A stretch of DNA of 64,000 nucleotides from Hormiphora californensis (taxonomy: Eukaryota > Animalia > Ctenophora): assembly GCA_020137815.1 (NCBI GenBank), contig CM035353.1, forward strand, positions 868,001-932,000, in the 5' to 3' direction. The notes beneath the pieces were generated by a model, which ran no database searches, was not told the DNA's origin, and worked only from the letters and a program-made list of their open reading frames with translations. The position numbers and the translations under genes were made by a program. Positions 13,809 to 25,500 of the stretch are shown in pieces; within the stretch, counting starts at the first letter, position 1; every line of letters begins with the position of its first letter.

Positions 13809-16800
13809 ATGAAGTGTGTTCTTAGCATCGCCCTACTGCTATTACAGTTATCGAGCTCTCAGGTTTGTGATCAATTGTTGTTTATCATCATCAAAATGAA
13901 TATGAGGCATAGAATTCCGACATCTAATCACCTAGCTTTCTAAGGGTACTTTTTCAATACGATTCATTAAACACGTCACACCTGGCCTCACACAGGTCAC
14001 GCCTCACACAGGTCACACAGGTCACACCTCATACAGGTCACACCTCACACCTCACACATCACACCGCACACATCACACTTCACATCCAACACTTCACATC
14101 CAACACTTCACACCCCAGACCTCACAAACCTCACACCTGGCCTCACCTCACACTTAACACTTCACACTCCAGAACTTAACACCTGGCTTCACACAGGTCA
14201 TACCTCACACCTCACACATGATACCTGGCCTCACACAGGACCTCACACCTCACACCTCACACAGGTCACACCTCACACCTCACACATGATACCTGGCCTC
14301 ACACAGGACCTCACACCTCACACAGGTTATACCTCACATAGGTCACACCTCACACAGGTTATACCTCACACCGCACACCTCACATACCTCACACCTCACA
14401 CCTGGCCTCACACAGGTCACACCTCGGTCCTCACACCTCAAACAGGTCACACCTCACAGCTCACACCTCACACCTCAAACAGGTCACACAGGTCACACAG
14501 GTCACACCTCACACTTAACACTTCACACCCAACACTTCACACTCCAGAACTTAACACCTGGCTTCACACAGGTCATACCTCACACCTCACACCTTCTGCG
14601 GGGGGAGTCAGGTGACAGGATTTTCTGACTCCCTGTGGCAGCCTAGGGCCTAATCTCATGGGGGGTGGGTGCTGCGGGTCCTTCGCAGGAAGGACCCGGG
14701 GAGGGAGGTCTCTCTGGGGAAAGGCCAGGGATAGGTCCCGTAGCCGCGATCCTGGGGCCTGATGGATCAATAAAGTGCGGTCAACTGTAACAAATGGTAT
14801 TAACACAAATTGAGGGAATCCTGCCCTACGACCAACACGATAACACTTAGTATATATATACCAACATTACTCAAGTGCCAATAAAGCTTTTGTGCAAGGG
14901 CTCCTGTTGCTCCAATAACAGGCACCGGCGGGCCAGAATTTGGCCGGGTGAACTTTCTTGAAAAACCGAGTAGGGGCCAGGAGCCCCTGGGGAACCTCTG
15001 CCAAAATTTCTAATCTCGGCACAGGATAAGTATATCTGAATTGCACTGTACCTAACAGCTCCGTGGTCTAATGGCCACAATCTGGGCTAAGAAGCATAAG
15101 ATGCCAGGTTCAAATCTCGGTCAGGCGACTTTATAGATATCTTTTTTCACTTTTGCTTGATATTGAAACATTTAAATTTCCGATAGTATCGGCGATACAC
15201 GATACAACAAAACATATATGACAGAGACCAGAAACTGGATTTTGGCAAACTAACAGCACCCGAAAAAACCATAAATCAAGCAGAGCTACTGGCAATACAA
15301 TTGGTAATAAAGAAACTACATACTAGAAATGGGAACAAAGGAGTCACACCTAGTGATCCACACCGACTCTAGCACTACACTATCACAGTCACAAACCAGG
15401 CTATGTATCTAGGAATAACCCTGGACAAAAACTTAAACTACAAAGCCCACGTCCAAAATAAAACAGAAACAATTAAACGATCTGCGAGACCACTGAGACA
15501 CCTCATGACAACAAAATGGGGAATAAGCACAGCCCAAGGTAGATACGTTCACGACAATATACTTATGAAGACCCTGACATACGGGGCAGGCATATGGGGA
15601 CAGAAAGTGCTGAAAAACCAAACACTCAAGATGAAACTGGAAGCAGCACAGAACTCTATCACTCGAAGGATCACCGGAGGACACGAACACACTCAACACA
15701 TAGTGCTAACCACAATGGCAGGAGTGGACGATGTCACTTACCATATCAACAAAGAAAGTATCAACAACTATATACACCTGAAGGTTAAGGGAAACTGGTG
15801 GACAGACCCCTTCCACACAAAAAAAGGAGCTCATCTAACGCACTCGAAAGCGATGAAATTACTCATAACAAGCCTAAAAATTCCTAATGCCATCGACCAG
15901 ACAAAACACACCGATATAACCTTTGAACAAAACTCCCAACTGAGCAAGAACAAAATAATAAACGCGTATACAGATGGGTCAAGAATTAAGAAAGACTCAA
16001 CACATATGACAGAGGCAGGAGCCATAATCTACATGGATAACCAGGAAATCATCCTCAAAGAGCCCCTTGCACCCGAAAACACCATAAATCAAGCAGAGCT
16101 ACTGGCAATACATTTGGTAATAAAGAAACTACATACTAGAAATGGGAACAAAGGAGTCACATCTAGTGATCCACACCGACTCTAGCACTACACTGAGAAG
16201 ACTAACAAGAAAATTTTCAAACCCAAAACAACTAACTGAAACCCTACGAAGTATACACAAACTGCAAAGAGATAATGGCGTAGAAATAGTAAAGGTGAAG
16301 GCCCTTGCAAACATAGAAGGTAATGAGAGGGCAGATCAAATAGCAAAACAAGCGACTGCAAACAGCAAAAACACCCAGAATGCACTGGGACAAACAAAGA
16401 GCCAAATAACGGCAAAGTTGAAACAACAACACAAGACAGGATTAATCGCTGAACTAAAGACAAAAAAGTACTCTGAGTTCACTACAACGATTATCGGGAA
16501 GATTATTAAAGAAAACACAAAACTAACAATCAAAAACAAGGAAACAATGAGAAGTCTGACACTAGCCATATCGGGCCAGAACAACCTGGCCTGGGAAGTG
16601 CCCTCTCCCACAGAGACCCTTCCATAAAACCCAACTGTGAGTTATGCGGGGCAAGAGAAAACTCCAAACACAAACTGCTAAACTGTCCTGACCTTGACCA
16701 CCTCAGACACACACAAGAGTACCAAAACATCAAAGAAAACATATACAATGAAGACGAGCCACTAGAACTAAGGAAACTCACCAATGTAGTCACCAAATCC

Positions 16801-19398
16801 GGTCTATTGAAATAAAACATAACGCTACCACCAAAACGACTCTATACCAATGGTAGTTTAAAAGTGCATACTGGCAAAGTCCTGATCTCATCAGGTAGGG
16901 TCTGTTGAAACCATCACGGCAGAAGCAAATCCGCAACTAGCAAAAGCGCAATACAAACCAAGTCACTAGCCTTTGGACTGGCCCCCCACAGCTAGATTGG
17001 CAAAACAGAAAGAACAGCGCCACCTGGGTCGACTCGATCATAGCTGCTATGACGACTCGATGGACCGAACCCTACTACTGTACCCCGATCAGAGGTACAC
17101 GCCTGGAAACAGGCAGGTGGTAGTGCACAAATGGTGCCTCATCGTGGTGAAGATGAACGCGCACTATCGTTCGGCGATTTAACCTATTCTGGGGAAACCC
17201 AGTACCGTAAGACTGGTACAGTAGTACTAGTGCGCCCGCTGTTGGTGGTGACCTTCATGCTCTTAATCGAAACAGTTCTCGTCTGTCGACTCGTGTCTTC
17301 CAATGGAAGGGCACTACTAGGGGGTACCGGGGAAACCCGGCGCTACCTTGGTGGGGCCTGACCGGGAGATCGAGCACGGCGCTCTGGGCAGCCATGTGTG
17401 TTGGTGACCTGAGGAGAGAACTGTGAAATCTAGGGAACGCTGCTCCCCAACGACAGCAAGTGGGTGGAAGTACGGGAGGTACACGACACACACACACACA
17501 CCTCACACCTTACACCTCACAGCTCACACCTCACACCTCACGCCTCACACCTGGCCTCACATAGGTCACACCTCACACCTCACACCTCACACCTCACACC
17601 TCACACCTCACACCTCACACCTCACACCTCACACCTGGCCTCACATAGGTCACACCTCACACCTCACACCTCACACAGGTCACACCTCACACAGGTCATA
17701 CCTCACACCTCACAGCTCACACCCAACACTTCACACCCCAGACCTCACACCCACACCTGATACCTGATACCTCACACCTCACACTTAACACTTCACACCT
17801 CACACCTCACATGCAGGTCACACCTTACACACCTCACACAGGTCACACCCCACACCTCAAACCCCACACCCCACACCTCACTCCTCACATGCAGGTCATA
17901 CCTCACACACCCCACACCTCACACCTCATACCTCACATACAGGTCACACCTGACGATGACGGTGTGGTGGTGGTACGTAATAGGACTGATATCGTGTGTA
18001 GAGAGTACAGTGAGTTAACGTCACTGGGTGAGCGGCATCTTGATGCGGACCTAACCCTAATGGAACATGAGGTGCTGGGGAAGTACATAACAGAGCTGGA
18101 ACAGTCCGTTAATAGAACTGGCTGCTCCTCTTGCCATGTATCACGAATCAAGTAAGAATTATATGATGCTACTTTTTAGTGTTATTGTAGTTTTTCAGCT
18201 CTTTAGTTTTAGGGCTTCAGCCGTTGTGAACAATCGAAATCTTGTCAGAGTAAGATGATCTTGCGCGAAAACAGCGGGATCAAATCATTGACCTGACAAA
18301 AAGTTTCATGATCCCCTCACATCTTATTACAACCGGTTCACCTAGGTTGTTTGTCACCTACTCTCTGGACGGATACTCCGAGACGGCCAAGTTTAAGTTT
18401 CTTCAGACTGTCCGAGGGTGCACCAAATCTAGAGGATCTCCCACGCCCTTAGAGGTAATATGCAGGAAATACTGGTCCCTGATTGGTTGATAACCAGTCA
18501 CGTGACCTAAATAACGAGTTCTGATTGGTTGTTTACTTGTGTCGGTCGGTTCCTGGTATGATAATGGTAGCTATAGTTTGATATGGCTCCCTTCGGTGTG
18601 AGTTTACGCAAGCGACGTAAGCCATTCAATCCGCGAATGACAGACTGCGTAGCATGGCAAGGCCTCGTAATTGAACTAAATTCTAATAGGGTACTACTTA
18701 TATATGTGTAAAAATTAGAGGACTGATTGATCAGATGATTATGATCCCACTCCTAGGTGTGTATAATATAACTGTGACGTTGATATCGGCCCTCTTTTTA
18801 GGTCTGTAATTCATCTGCCAACAAGACTCTCTTGACTGAGACGACCCAGTTGATTGACTCTGACACGAAGGCAGATAACATAACTCTTAATGTTACCACT
18901 GGAGGTGAACCATGTAAGTTTTAATATCAATTGTTATATGACGGATTAAAGTGTTCCCAATGTTCCCAATTATACGTGTTTGGATGCTTCTCCACTTACT
19001 AAACCCCCTGGACCACATGACAGCCTCCCCTTACCCACGGTCCCCTCTTTATATCCACAGTCCCTCACCAAATATACACCACAAGCAACTGCATCCCTTA
19101 TCCATGCCCCCAATCTACACTAAGAACAACTGCATCCCTTATCCATGCCCCCAATCTACACTAAGAACAACTGCATCCCTTATCCATGCCCCCAATCTAC
19201 ACTAAGAACAACTGCGTCCCTTATCCATGCCCCCAATCTACACCACAACCATCTGCACCTTTTATACTCATACAGCCCATATGTCCAGGTATGGTGACAG
19301 AATGTTTTGACGACGGATGTAATTCCGCCCCTTCTATCTCTCTCCATGGCCTACTTCTCCTTTATCTTGTACTACTGGCAGTGACTTCCCGGGAATGA
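13809..19398 (+). CDS. Secreted/GPI-anchored Ly6/uPAR three-finger (Quiver-like) protein, ~197 aa, 5 coding exons
   Basis: Exons 13809-13862, 17943-18151, 18346-18454, 18802-18913, 19289-19398 join with phases 0,2,0,1 and GT-AG; signal peptide MKCVLSIALLLLQLSSS; 8 Cys including RGC and ECFDDGCNS; hydrophobic C-terminal tail. Confidence 0.8.
13972..14594 (+). repeat. cacacct / cacacaggt degenerate satellite (left block, intronic)
   Basis: Irregular array of 7-9 bp units. Confidence 0.9.
14595..17490 (+). mobile_element. Rearranged non-LTR retrotransposon (R1/Loa/I group) with RT C-terminus and RNase H
   Basis: 15403-16185 has YLGITLD..WG..TYGAGIW and YTDGS..ELLAI; frameshifted 16142-16627 has IHTDS..GNERADQIAK; CELC..H..C knuckle near 16635; 15257-15380 duplicates 16068-16192; outer boundaries approximate. 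Confidence 0.8.
15057..15129 (+). pseudogene. tRNA-derived (SINE-head-like) sequence
   Basis: A-box-like tggtctaatgg and B-box-like ggttcaaatc at tRNA spacing; stems degenerate; T-run follows. Confidence 0.5.
17490..17950 (+). repeat. cacacct / cacacaggt satellite (right block) running into the exon acceptor
   Basis: Same units as 13972-14594. Confidence 0.9.
18463..18555 (-). mobile_element. Partial 109-bp MITE, reverse orientation, intronic
   Basis: Reverse complement of the family sequence, starting 9 bp into the intron. Confidence 0.85.
19086..19243. repeat. 41-bp minisatellite x~4 (intronic)
   Basis: caactgcatcccttatccatgcccccaatctacactaagaa. Confidence 0.9.
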
Positions 19399-19480
19399 AA
19401 CATTTGTGTGTGTTCAGTGTGAATTGAGCCTGAGAATTATATAGTGCCTGAATGTTTTAGATGAGGAACAAGAAAAACAA

Positions 19481-19690
19481 TAACTGCTGTCTGCTAGGGA
19501 TTCCTGTCATGCTAACCATGGTAACTGCTGTCTGCTAGGGATTCCTGTCATGGTTACCATGGTAACTGCTGTCTGCTAGGGATTCCTGTCATGGTAACGA
19601 TGGTAACTGCTGTCTGCTAGGGATTCCTGTCATGGTAACCATGGTAACTGCTGTCTGCTAGGGATTCCTGTCATGGTAACCATGGTAACT
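19481..19690. repeat. 41-bp minisatellite x5
   Basis: taactgctgtctgctagggattcctgtcatggtaaccatgg. Confidence 0.9.
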
Positions 19691-20991
19691 TATACCAGAA
19701 TGCCGGCTCTCAAACCGGGCCGAAGCTGACATGACAGCATGTGTTAATTGGTAACACGGCAAATTTTTTGCTACCATTATAAGTTTTAGTTTAAATTTCG
19801 TGTACAATTTGGTATCAATATCCAGTTATATTGAATAAATCTTAGCTTATATATTTTAATAAAACTTCACTGAAATCACCAGTACCACTCTTTCTGGCGT
19901 TGTGGATGGGAACATGAACAATGCTCTGGTACCAGTGACCACTGGTCGGGCTATAGTGACCAGTGATGACCAGGCCACACTGCGAAATGAGAATATGGTC
20001 AGTGCAGGTTATATATATACTACAATTGCTTGCAGGTAGTGGTACTTTCGGTACGGTGTTGGGCACGTCGCGCCCCCCATGTTCGCGCGCCCGTAGGGCG
20101 ATCCCCTCACAGGCAAGGTACGGTGATGTCTAGTCTGTGGCCGGTACTGGTCCCCCAGTGCTGCAGTAGCACTTTCAATTAACGATACTTGGCCTTTGTT
20201 CAGTGAATATCTCTCTAGGGTTTACTAACCTTCACTCTCATCCTGACTAAACCGTTTAGTCAGGATGAGAGTGAAGGTGTTCGGTCATCGATAAGCGAAG
20301 GCAGGTGCTCTCGCCTAAGAACTTGTTGAGTAAGGGGTTCGAGGTAAGATGTAGTGCTCTTACCCTTAGTATACTAAGTACACGTGGTATAATCATCAGC
20401 ACGTGCCACGACAAATATAAAGTTGAGGAGTGGCCACTCTCTTTATCTCTCTCTCTCTCTTTTTCCATCCCACTAGTGGGATGGAAAAAGAGAGATAGAG
20501 TAAGTACTATAACAGCTGTTATATTACGCTGTTTAGTGTATAGACAAATTTATCATTCCATTGTTGGATAGATGTTGATCGGAATATTGTTTCCGGAAGT
20601 GATTTGTGTTTCCTGATATTTGCGAGATCTGTGTCAATACTGTCAGAGCCGCGGTTGCAGAGCTTGGTGACACATATGTAGGTATGTGCAAGAAGTTGCA
20701 CAGCGACTGAGATCGAGCTCACGCATGATAGGTGCCTAATAGTAATAGGCACTGCCTTTGGTGCATCTACTCTGTTAGTGTCATTGATTTTTGCAAAGTT
20801 TTTCAAAAATCCGGCAGCAACAAACTATTGAACCATTTGCATCTGGTTTGTTTTTCGTGGCAGATAATTTATAACAAACCGATAATATGCAATTTAACAG
20901 AACTCCGATTTACCAGGCGGATAAATTTCCCCAGATAAGATCGTAACGTAATAATAATATTGAAAAACTTTGCTTTAGAAATCAGAAAAAA

Positions 20992-22041
20992 ATGGCAATG
21001 TTTAGCGGAGGCGGGATTTCATCCCCAGACTTCCCACTCTTTGTCATCTTCCTTCTTCTCGCCTGTATTTCTACACCGCTCAACTACCTTGTATTCCGAC
21101 ATAACTACAACAAACGTCCTTCTATCGCCCGGACTCTGTACCTGATTCTCTCTGGAACTGACCTAATCGCATGTGTTTACTTATCCCTCTGGCAATCCAT
21201 CAGCTTTATTACTCCCCCCAATCCCGCTTGTATGGAGGATGCTCTACAAAATGATATCTGCAAGGACAGATACTATTTGTACATTACCCGATCACCCGGG
21301 TTTTGGTATAATCTCCACTCAGTCATCAAATCGACGACAACTCTCGCTCCAATCCTTACTACAAGCGTCCTAACTATCACCCGGTATTTGCAGATAAAAT
21401 TCCCACTGTTTTATCTACCTAAGAAACTGATAATAGGGGGCCTAATTGTAGCCGTAGTTTATACTCCCGCAATATATACCTTATTCTACATGACGGGTAC
21501 AAATGGTGTCATCTATATCACATTTCTCCAGTTTAGTCGGACCATGTTTGATGCGAATACAATTAACGTAGATGAAGTTGACAAAGCCTTGCTTATTTAC
21601 ACTCCCTTCATCTTGGTACAGATCACGTGTTTGGTGTTTAGTTTATTAACGGTAGGTCACCTAATTTGGATGGTTAAGAACCCCGTGGGAGGTACTACAA
21701 TGTCCATGACTAGTACCCTCCGTGTCCTAACCATGAACACGGTGTGCTTCATTTATCTTGCAGTCAGTATCGCATCAACGATAGTAGCAACTAACATTTC
21801 CTCGCACTCAGAAAATTGGGATCAGTTAGTGAGGGTGGTACAAGAAGAGTCAACAGGAGACGTTGCGGTTCAGTTCGTTGCTTGGGTCATCATGCCCCCG
21901 TTAACGTCCCTACTCGATGCAGTTGTGTACCTCGCCTTCTCAAGAGAGGCAAGGGTTTGGAGGGGGCGAGCTGCTGGAGCTGTAGGAAATCAGCAGCACA
22001 CTAGCACTGGAGCAGCGGCAAATGGTACTACTGCTTTGTAA
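20992..22041 (+). CDS. Intronless class A (rhodopsin-like) orphan GPCR, 349 aa
   Basis: Seven hydrophobic segments; TM1 Asn (PLN), TM2 LSGTD, TM3 TRY for DRY, TM7 DAVVY for NPxxY. Confidence 0.85.
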   Translation: MAMFSGGGISSPDFPLFVIFLLLACISTPLNYLVFRHNYNKRPSIARTLYLILSGTDLIACVYLSLWQSISFITPPNPACMEDALQNDICKDRYYLYITRSPGFWYNLHSVIKSTTTLAPILTTSVLTITRYLQIKFPLFYLPKKLIIGGLIVAVVYTPAIYTLFYMTGTNGVIYITFLQFSRTMFDANTINVDEVDKALLIYTPFILVQITCLVFSLLTVGHLIWMVKNPVGGTTMSMTSTLRVLTMNTVCFIYLAVSIASTIVATNISSHSENWDQLVRVVQEESTGDVAVQFVAWVIMPPLTSLLDAVVYLAFSREARVWRGRAAGAVGNQQHTSTGAAANGTTAL

Positions 22042-22221
22042 GATGGCCGCAGGGAAGTGGATCAGTGCTGCAGTGATTACTAATTGATCGTGAAAAGAAC
22101 GGGTGTATGATTCCCTACGAATCGTAGTACTGTATACTGTGTCGATCTGTACACAATTTGGACGATGCCATGGCATGCCACACTCTGCAGACGCAGTTAC
22201 AATGGATACTCCGTACAGCTG

Positions 22222-22258
<37 letters not shown>

Positions 22259-22328
22259 GAGAGAACAGCAGGGATTTTCACAAAAAGTTATCTGGATACT
22301 CCTTGATGGCTAACTTAAACTTTAGTGA

Positions 22329-22509
22329 AAACCGCATGTCTCTAGCATGTTTTTGAAAATTGAGCTAACACATGCGAGACGCACCATAATGGGCCCATAA
22401 TGGGCGTAACTGCATGTACAATATGAATTTACGCCCATTATAGGCCCATAATGGTGCGTCTCGCATGTGTTAGCTCGATTTTCAAAAACATGCTAGAGAC
22501 ATGCGGTTT
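22329..22509. repeat. Long hairpin (~80-bp arms, ~20-nt loop) between the left inverted repeat and the ORF
   Basis: aaaccgcatgtctctagcatg...catgctagagacatgcggttt. Confidence 0.9.
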
Positions 22510-25500
22510 CAAACTTTCATCAACTACAACGTAAAACTATTTATTGAGGTGGTCCTTGTGGCTGCCTTAATGGCTGTTTCAGGCATGAATGATAACCCTG
22601 AGAACCAGAACAGTTCGGTGCGAAGATCGAAACGGAGGCAAGTTCCTAACTCGAAGTATGTCGATGTACCTATGTCAAACACACCTTCATCCAACTCCAA
22701 ACCAACGCCTCCAACCTCTTCCACCCTTCTTCACACAACACACGTACCTAATGATCATATACAAGTAACTAATCCATTGGAACCTACTGCAAATGAACTC
22801 TGTAAAACTTGTAACAAGGATTTTGATCCCATCACTTCGTACCCATCACTGTTCTGTAACTCTTGTAATCTATGGTATCATTACACCTGTGCTAATATGT
22901 CTGAATCAGAGTATGAAACGGCTGCTACTGACCAGGAAGCAGAGTGGTTTTGTCATAACTGTTCGGGAATTCCTGATTACATTCCAGCGACACCACTTAC
23001 TTCTACATGGGGTGGTATATCCGGGCAAACTATCATGAGTGACCTTTCTTCAGCGTATTTTGAGATTGTCGGCTGGCGACCGAACCTTTTCAAGCTACCT
23101 AAAGGTGCCGCTGGACAAGCTTTTGTGTCTGAAGTAAACCGTCTAATCAATGCCTGGACTATCAAATCTGACCTTGAACAGGTGGCAATGTTGGCGGTAA
23201 ACACTATCGGCGCCCTTGTTCTCCAAAAACCTGGAAAAAGGTCGACCCCCAAAGAGCACACCACCGCTCTTACTAGGAGACTTGAACTCTGGAAAAACGG
23301 ACAGTTCTTAGATCTATTGTCTGAGGCCAGAGCTATTCAAAAACAAATTCGATCAAGTACTCAGAGTAGCGAAAGCACTAGCAAAGGTTTTGCACGACTG
23401 ATGCTCGCTGGAAAGGTGAATAAGGCCATGCGACTTCTGTGCATATCACACTCCGCCCCGCTTGAAGTAACAACTGGCCTAATCAGGGACCTCGAGAAGA
23501 AACACCCTCCAGATGCTCCTCTAAACAGAACCCACCTTGTGTCATCTCTACCTGCACCGGGTTTCGAGAGAGTAATCTTTGACAGTATCGACGGCCTCAT
23601 GATTAAGAAAGCTGCCAAATCCACCCGTGGCGGCTGTGGTCCTAGTGGGATGTCCTCCGAACTATGGTCACGCATGCTTAGCTCCAAAGCTTTTACCCAG
23701 GAAGGAGACAACCTAAGTTCTAGTCTAGCCCGATTAACTAGAAGACTCTGCACAGAGCTGGTGGATCCGTCACCATTATCACCGCTTCTGTCATGCAGGT
23801 TAATTGGACTGAGTAAGGATCAGGGAACTGGGGTTAGGCCGATCGGAATAGGGGAAGTTTTGCGGCGGATAATCGGTAGAGCGGTCACCCAACATCTTAG
23901 ACAAGATATTATCCAATCAGCAGGCCCGCTGCAGCTAGCAGCCGGCCAGGAGGGCGGATGTGAAGCTTCTGTACATGCTATGAACGATTATTTTTTGAGA
24001 GACAGTACCGAGGGTATTTTATGTGCCGATGCTTCAAATGCATTCAATATATTAAACCGTAAAACTGCTTTAGTCAATATGCGTTATTTATGTCCTGTTT
24101 TTTCTGTTTTTTTGATTAATTTTTATCGCTCACATACCAAACTCTTCCTATACAATGGCGAATATATTATGTCGTGTGAAGGTACTACCCAAGGAGACAA
24201 CGCTGCTTCTCCTTTCCATTCCATCTCTCTGTACCCCCTGATGAACGACCTATCGGACTGTACGGACTTTCAATTGTTCTACGCTGATGATGGGGCTTCA
24301 GCTAGGAAACTCCATAACATCAAGAGGTGGTGGGAGAAACTCTGTGAGCGTGGTCCAGGATATGGGTACTACCCGAATGGGTCAAAGTCAATCCTCCTGG
24401 TGAAAGAGCAGTATGCCCGTAAAGCTAGAGATCTTTTTGCGGGCACAGGAGTAGTTATCACCACAGAAGGAGTCAGGTATCTGGGATCACCTATCGGAAC
24501 TGACGAATTTAAGAACAACTTCGTATCCGAAAAGGTGGAGGATTGGGTGAACCAAGTACGAACACTGTCCCAGATCGCTGCTACGGAACCACAGTGTGCT
24601 TACAGTGGGTATACCTTCGGTCTGTCCAAGAAATGGCTTTTTCTGATGCGGACTACAGAGGGGATTGAAGAACAGTTTGCACCTCTTGAGAACATGATCA
24701 AGTCATCTTTCATTCCAGCCCTTATGGGTTCCAACACCCCTAGCCATCTGAGGTATATTGCTGCCCTACCTGCTCGAGACGGCGGCCTAGCTATCCCCAT
24801 CCCAACTACACAGGCTAGTGCTGAATTTGCGAACTCTACACAGGCTACAGAACCCCTGAAACAGCTGATCCTTGAACAATCTCTTCTTATCGGCGAAAAA
24901 CGTGCTGATTCATGCCTGTGGGAAGCGAAGGGAGCAAAGTGCAATGTATTAAGACTTAAACGTACTATCCAAAATGCCGAAAAACAACAGGCATGTTCAC
25001 TTCTGTCTGGTACTGACAGGCGTTTATTCGATGAAATATCATCGAGAGGAGCTTCAAGCTGGTTAACAGCTTTGCCTTTGAAGGAGCACGGTTTCGTCCT
25101 AAATAAACAACAATTCCGGGACGCCATTCTGTTGCGATACAACCTTCCCCTTGAAGATGTACCCGCTGCATGTGCTTGTGGCAAGGCGAACACTTTGGAG
25201 CACTGTCTCTCGTGTGCCCTGGGAGGTTACGTGTATTTACGGCACAATAACATCCGAGACCTCACAGCTAACATCCTCGTGGAAGCCGGCTGCAAGGACG
25301 TTCGCATTGAGCCGCAGCTCCTACCCATAACTGGTGAAACATTCCAATACCGTTCTACTAACACTGCTAACAGTGCCCGTTTGGATGTTTCTACCCGTAA
25401 TGTGTGGAGTGACTTGGACAAAGTTTACACTGACATCCGTGTATTCAACAGTCTTGCGCCAACCAACATCGGCAAGTCTCTCCAGGACACTATGAGGAGG

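Noticed and set aside
14286-17767. His/Thr/Pro-rich proteins (14286-14615, 17423-17767)
   Set aside because: Translations of the cacacct satellite
19086-19690. CRISPR array
   Set aside because: Units are contiguous with no unique spacers; eukaryotic context and no cas genes
20992-22041. Opsin
   Set aside because: No lysine at the retinal-binding position of TM7 (PPLTSLLDAVVY)
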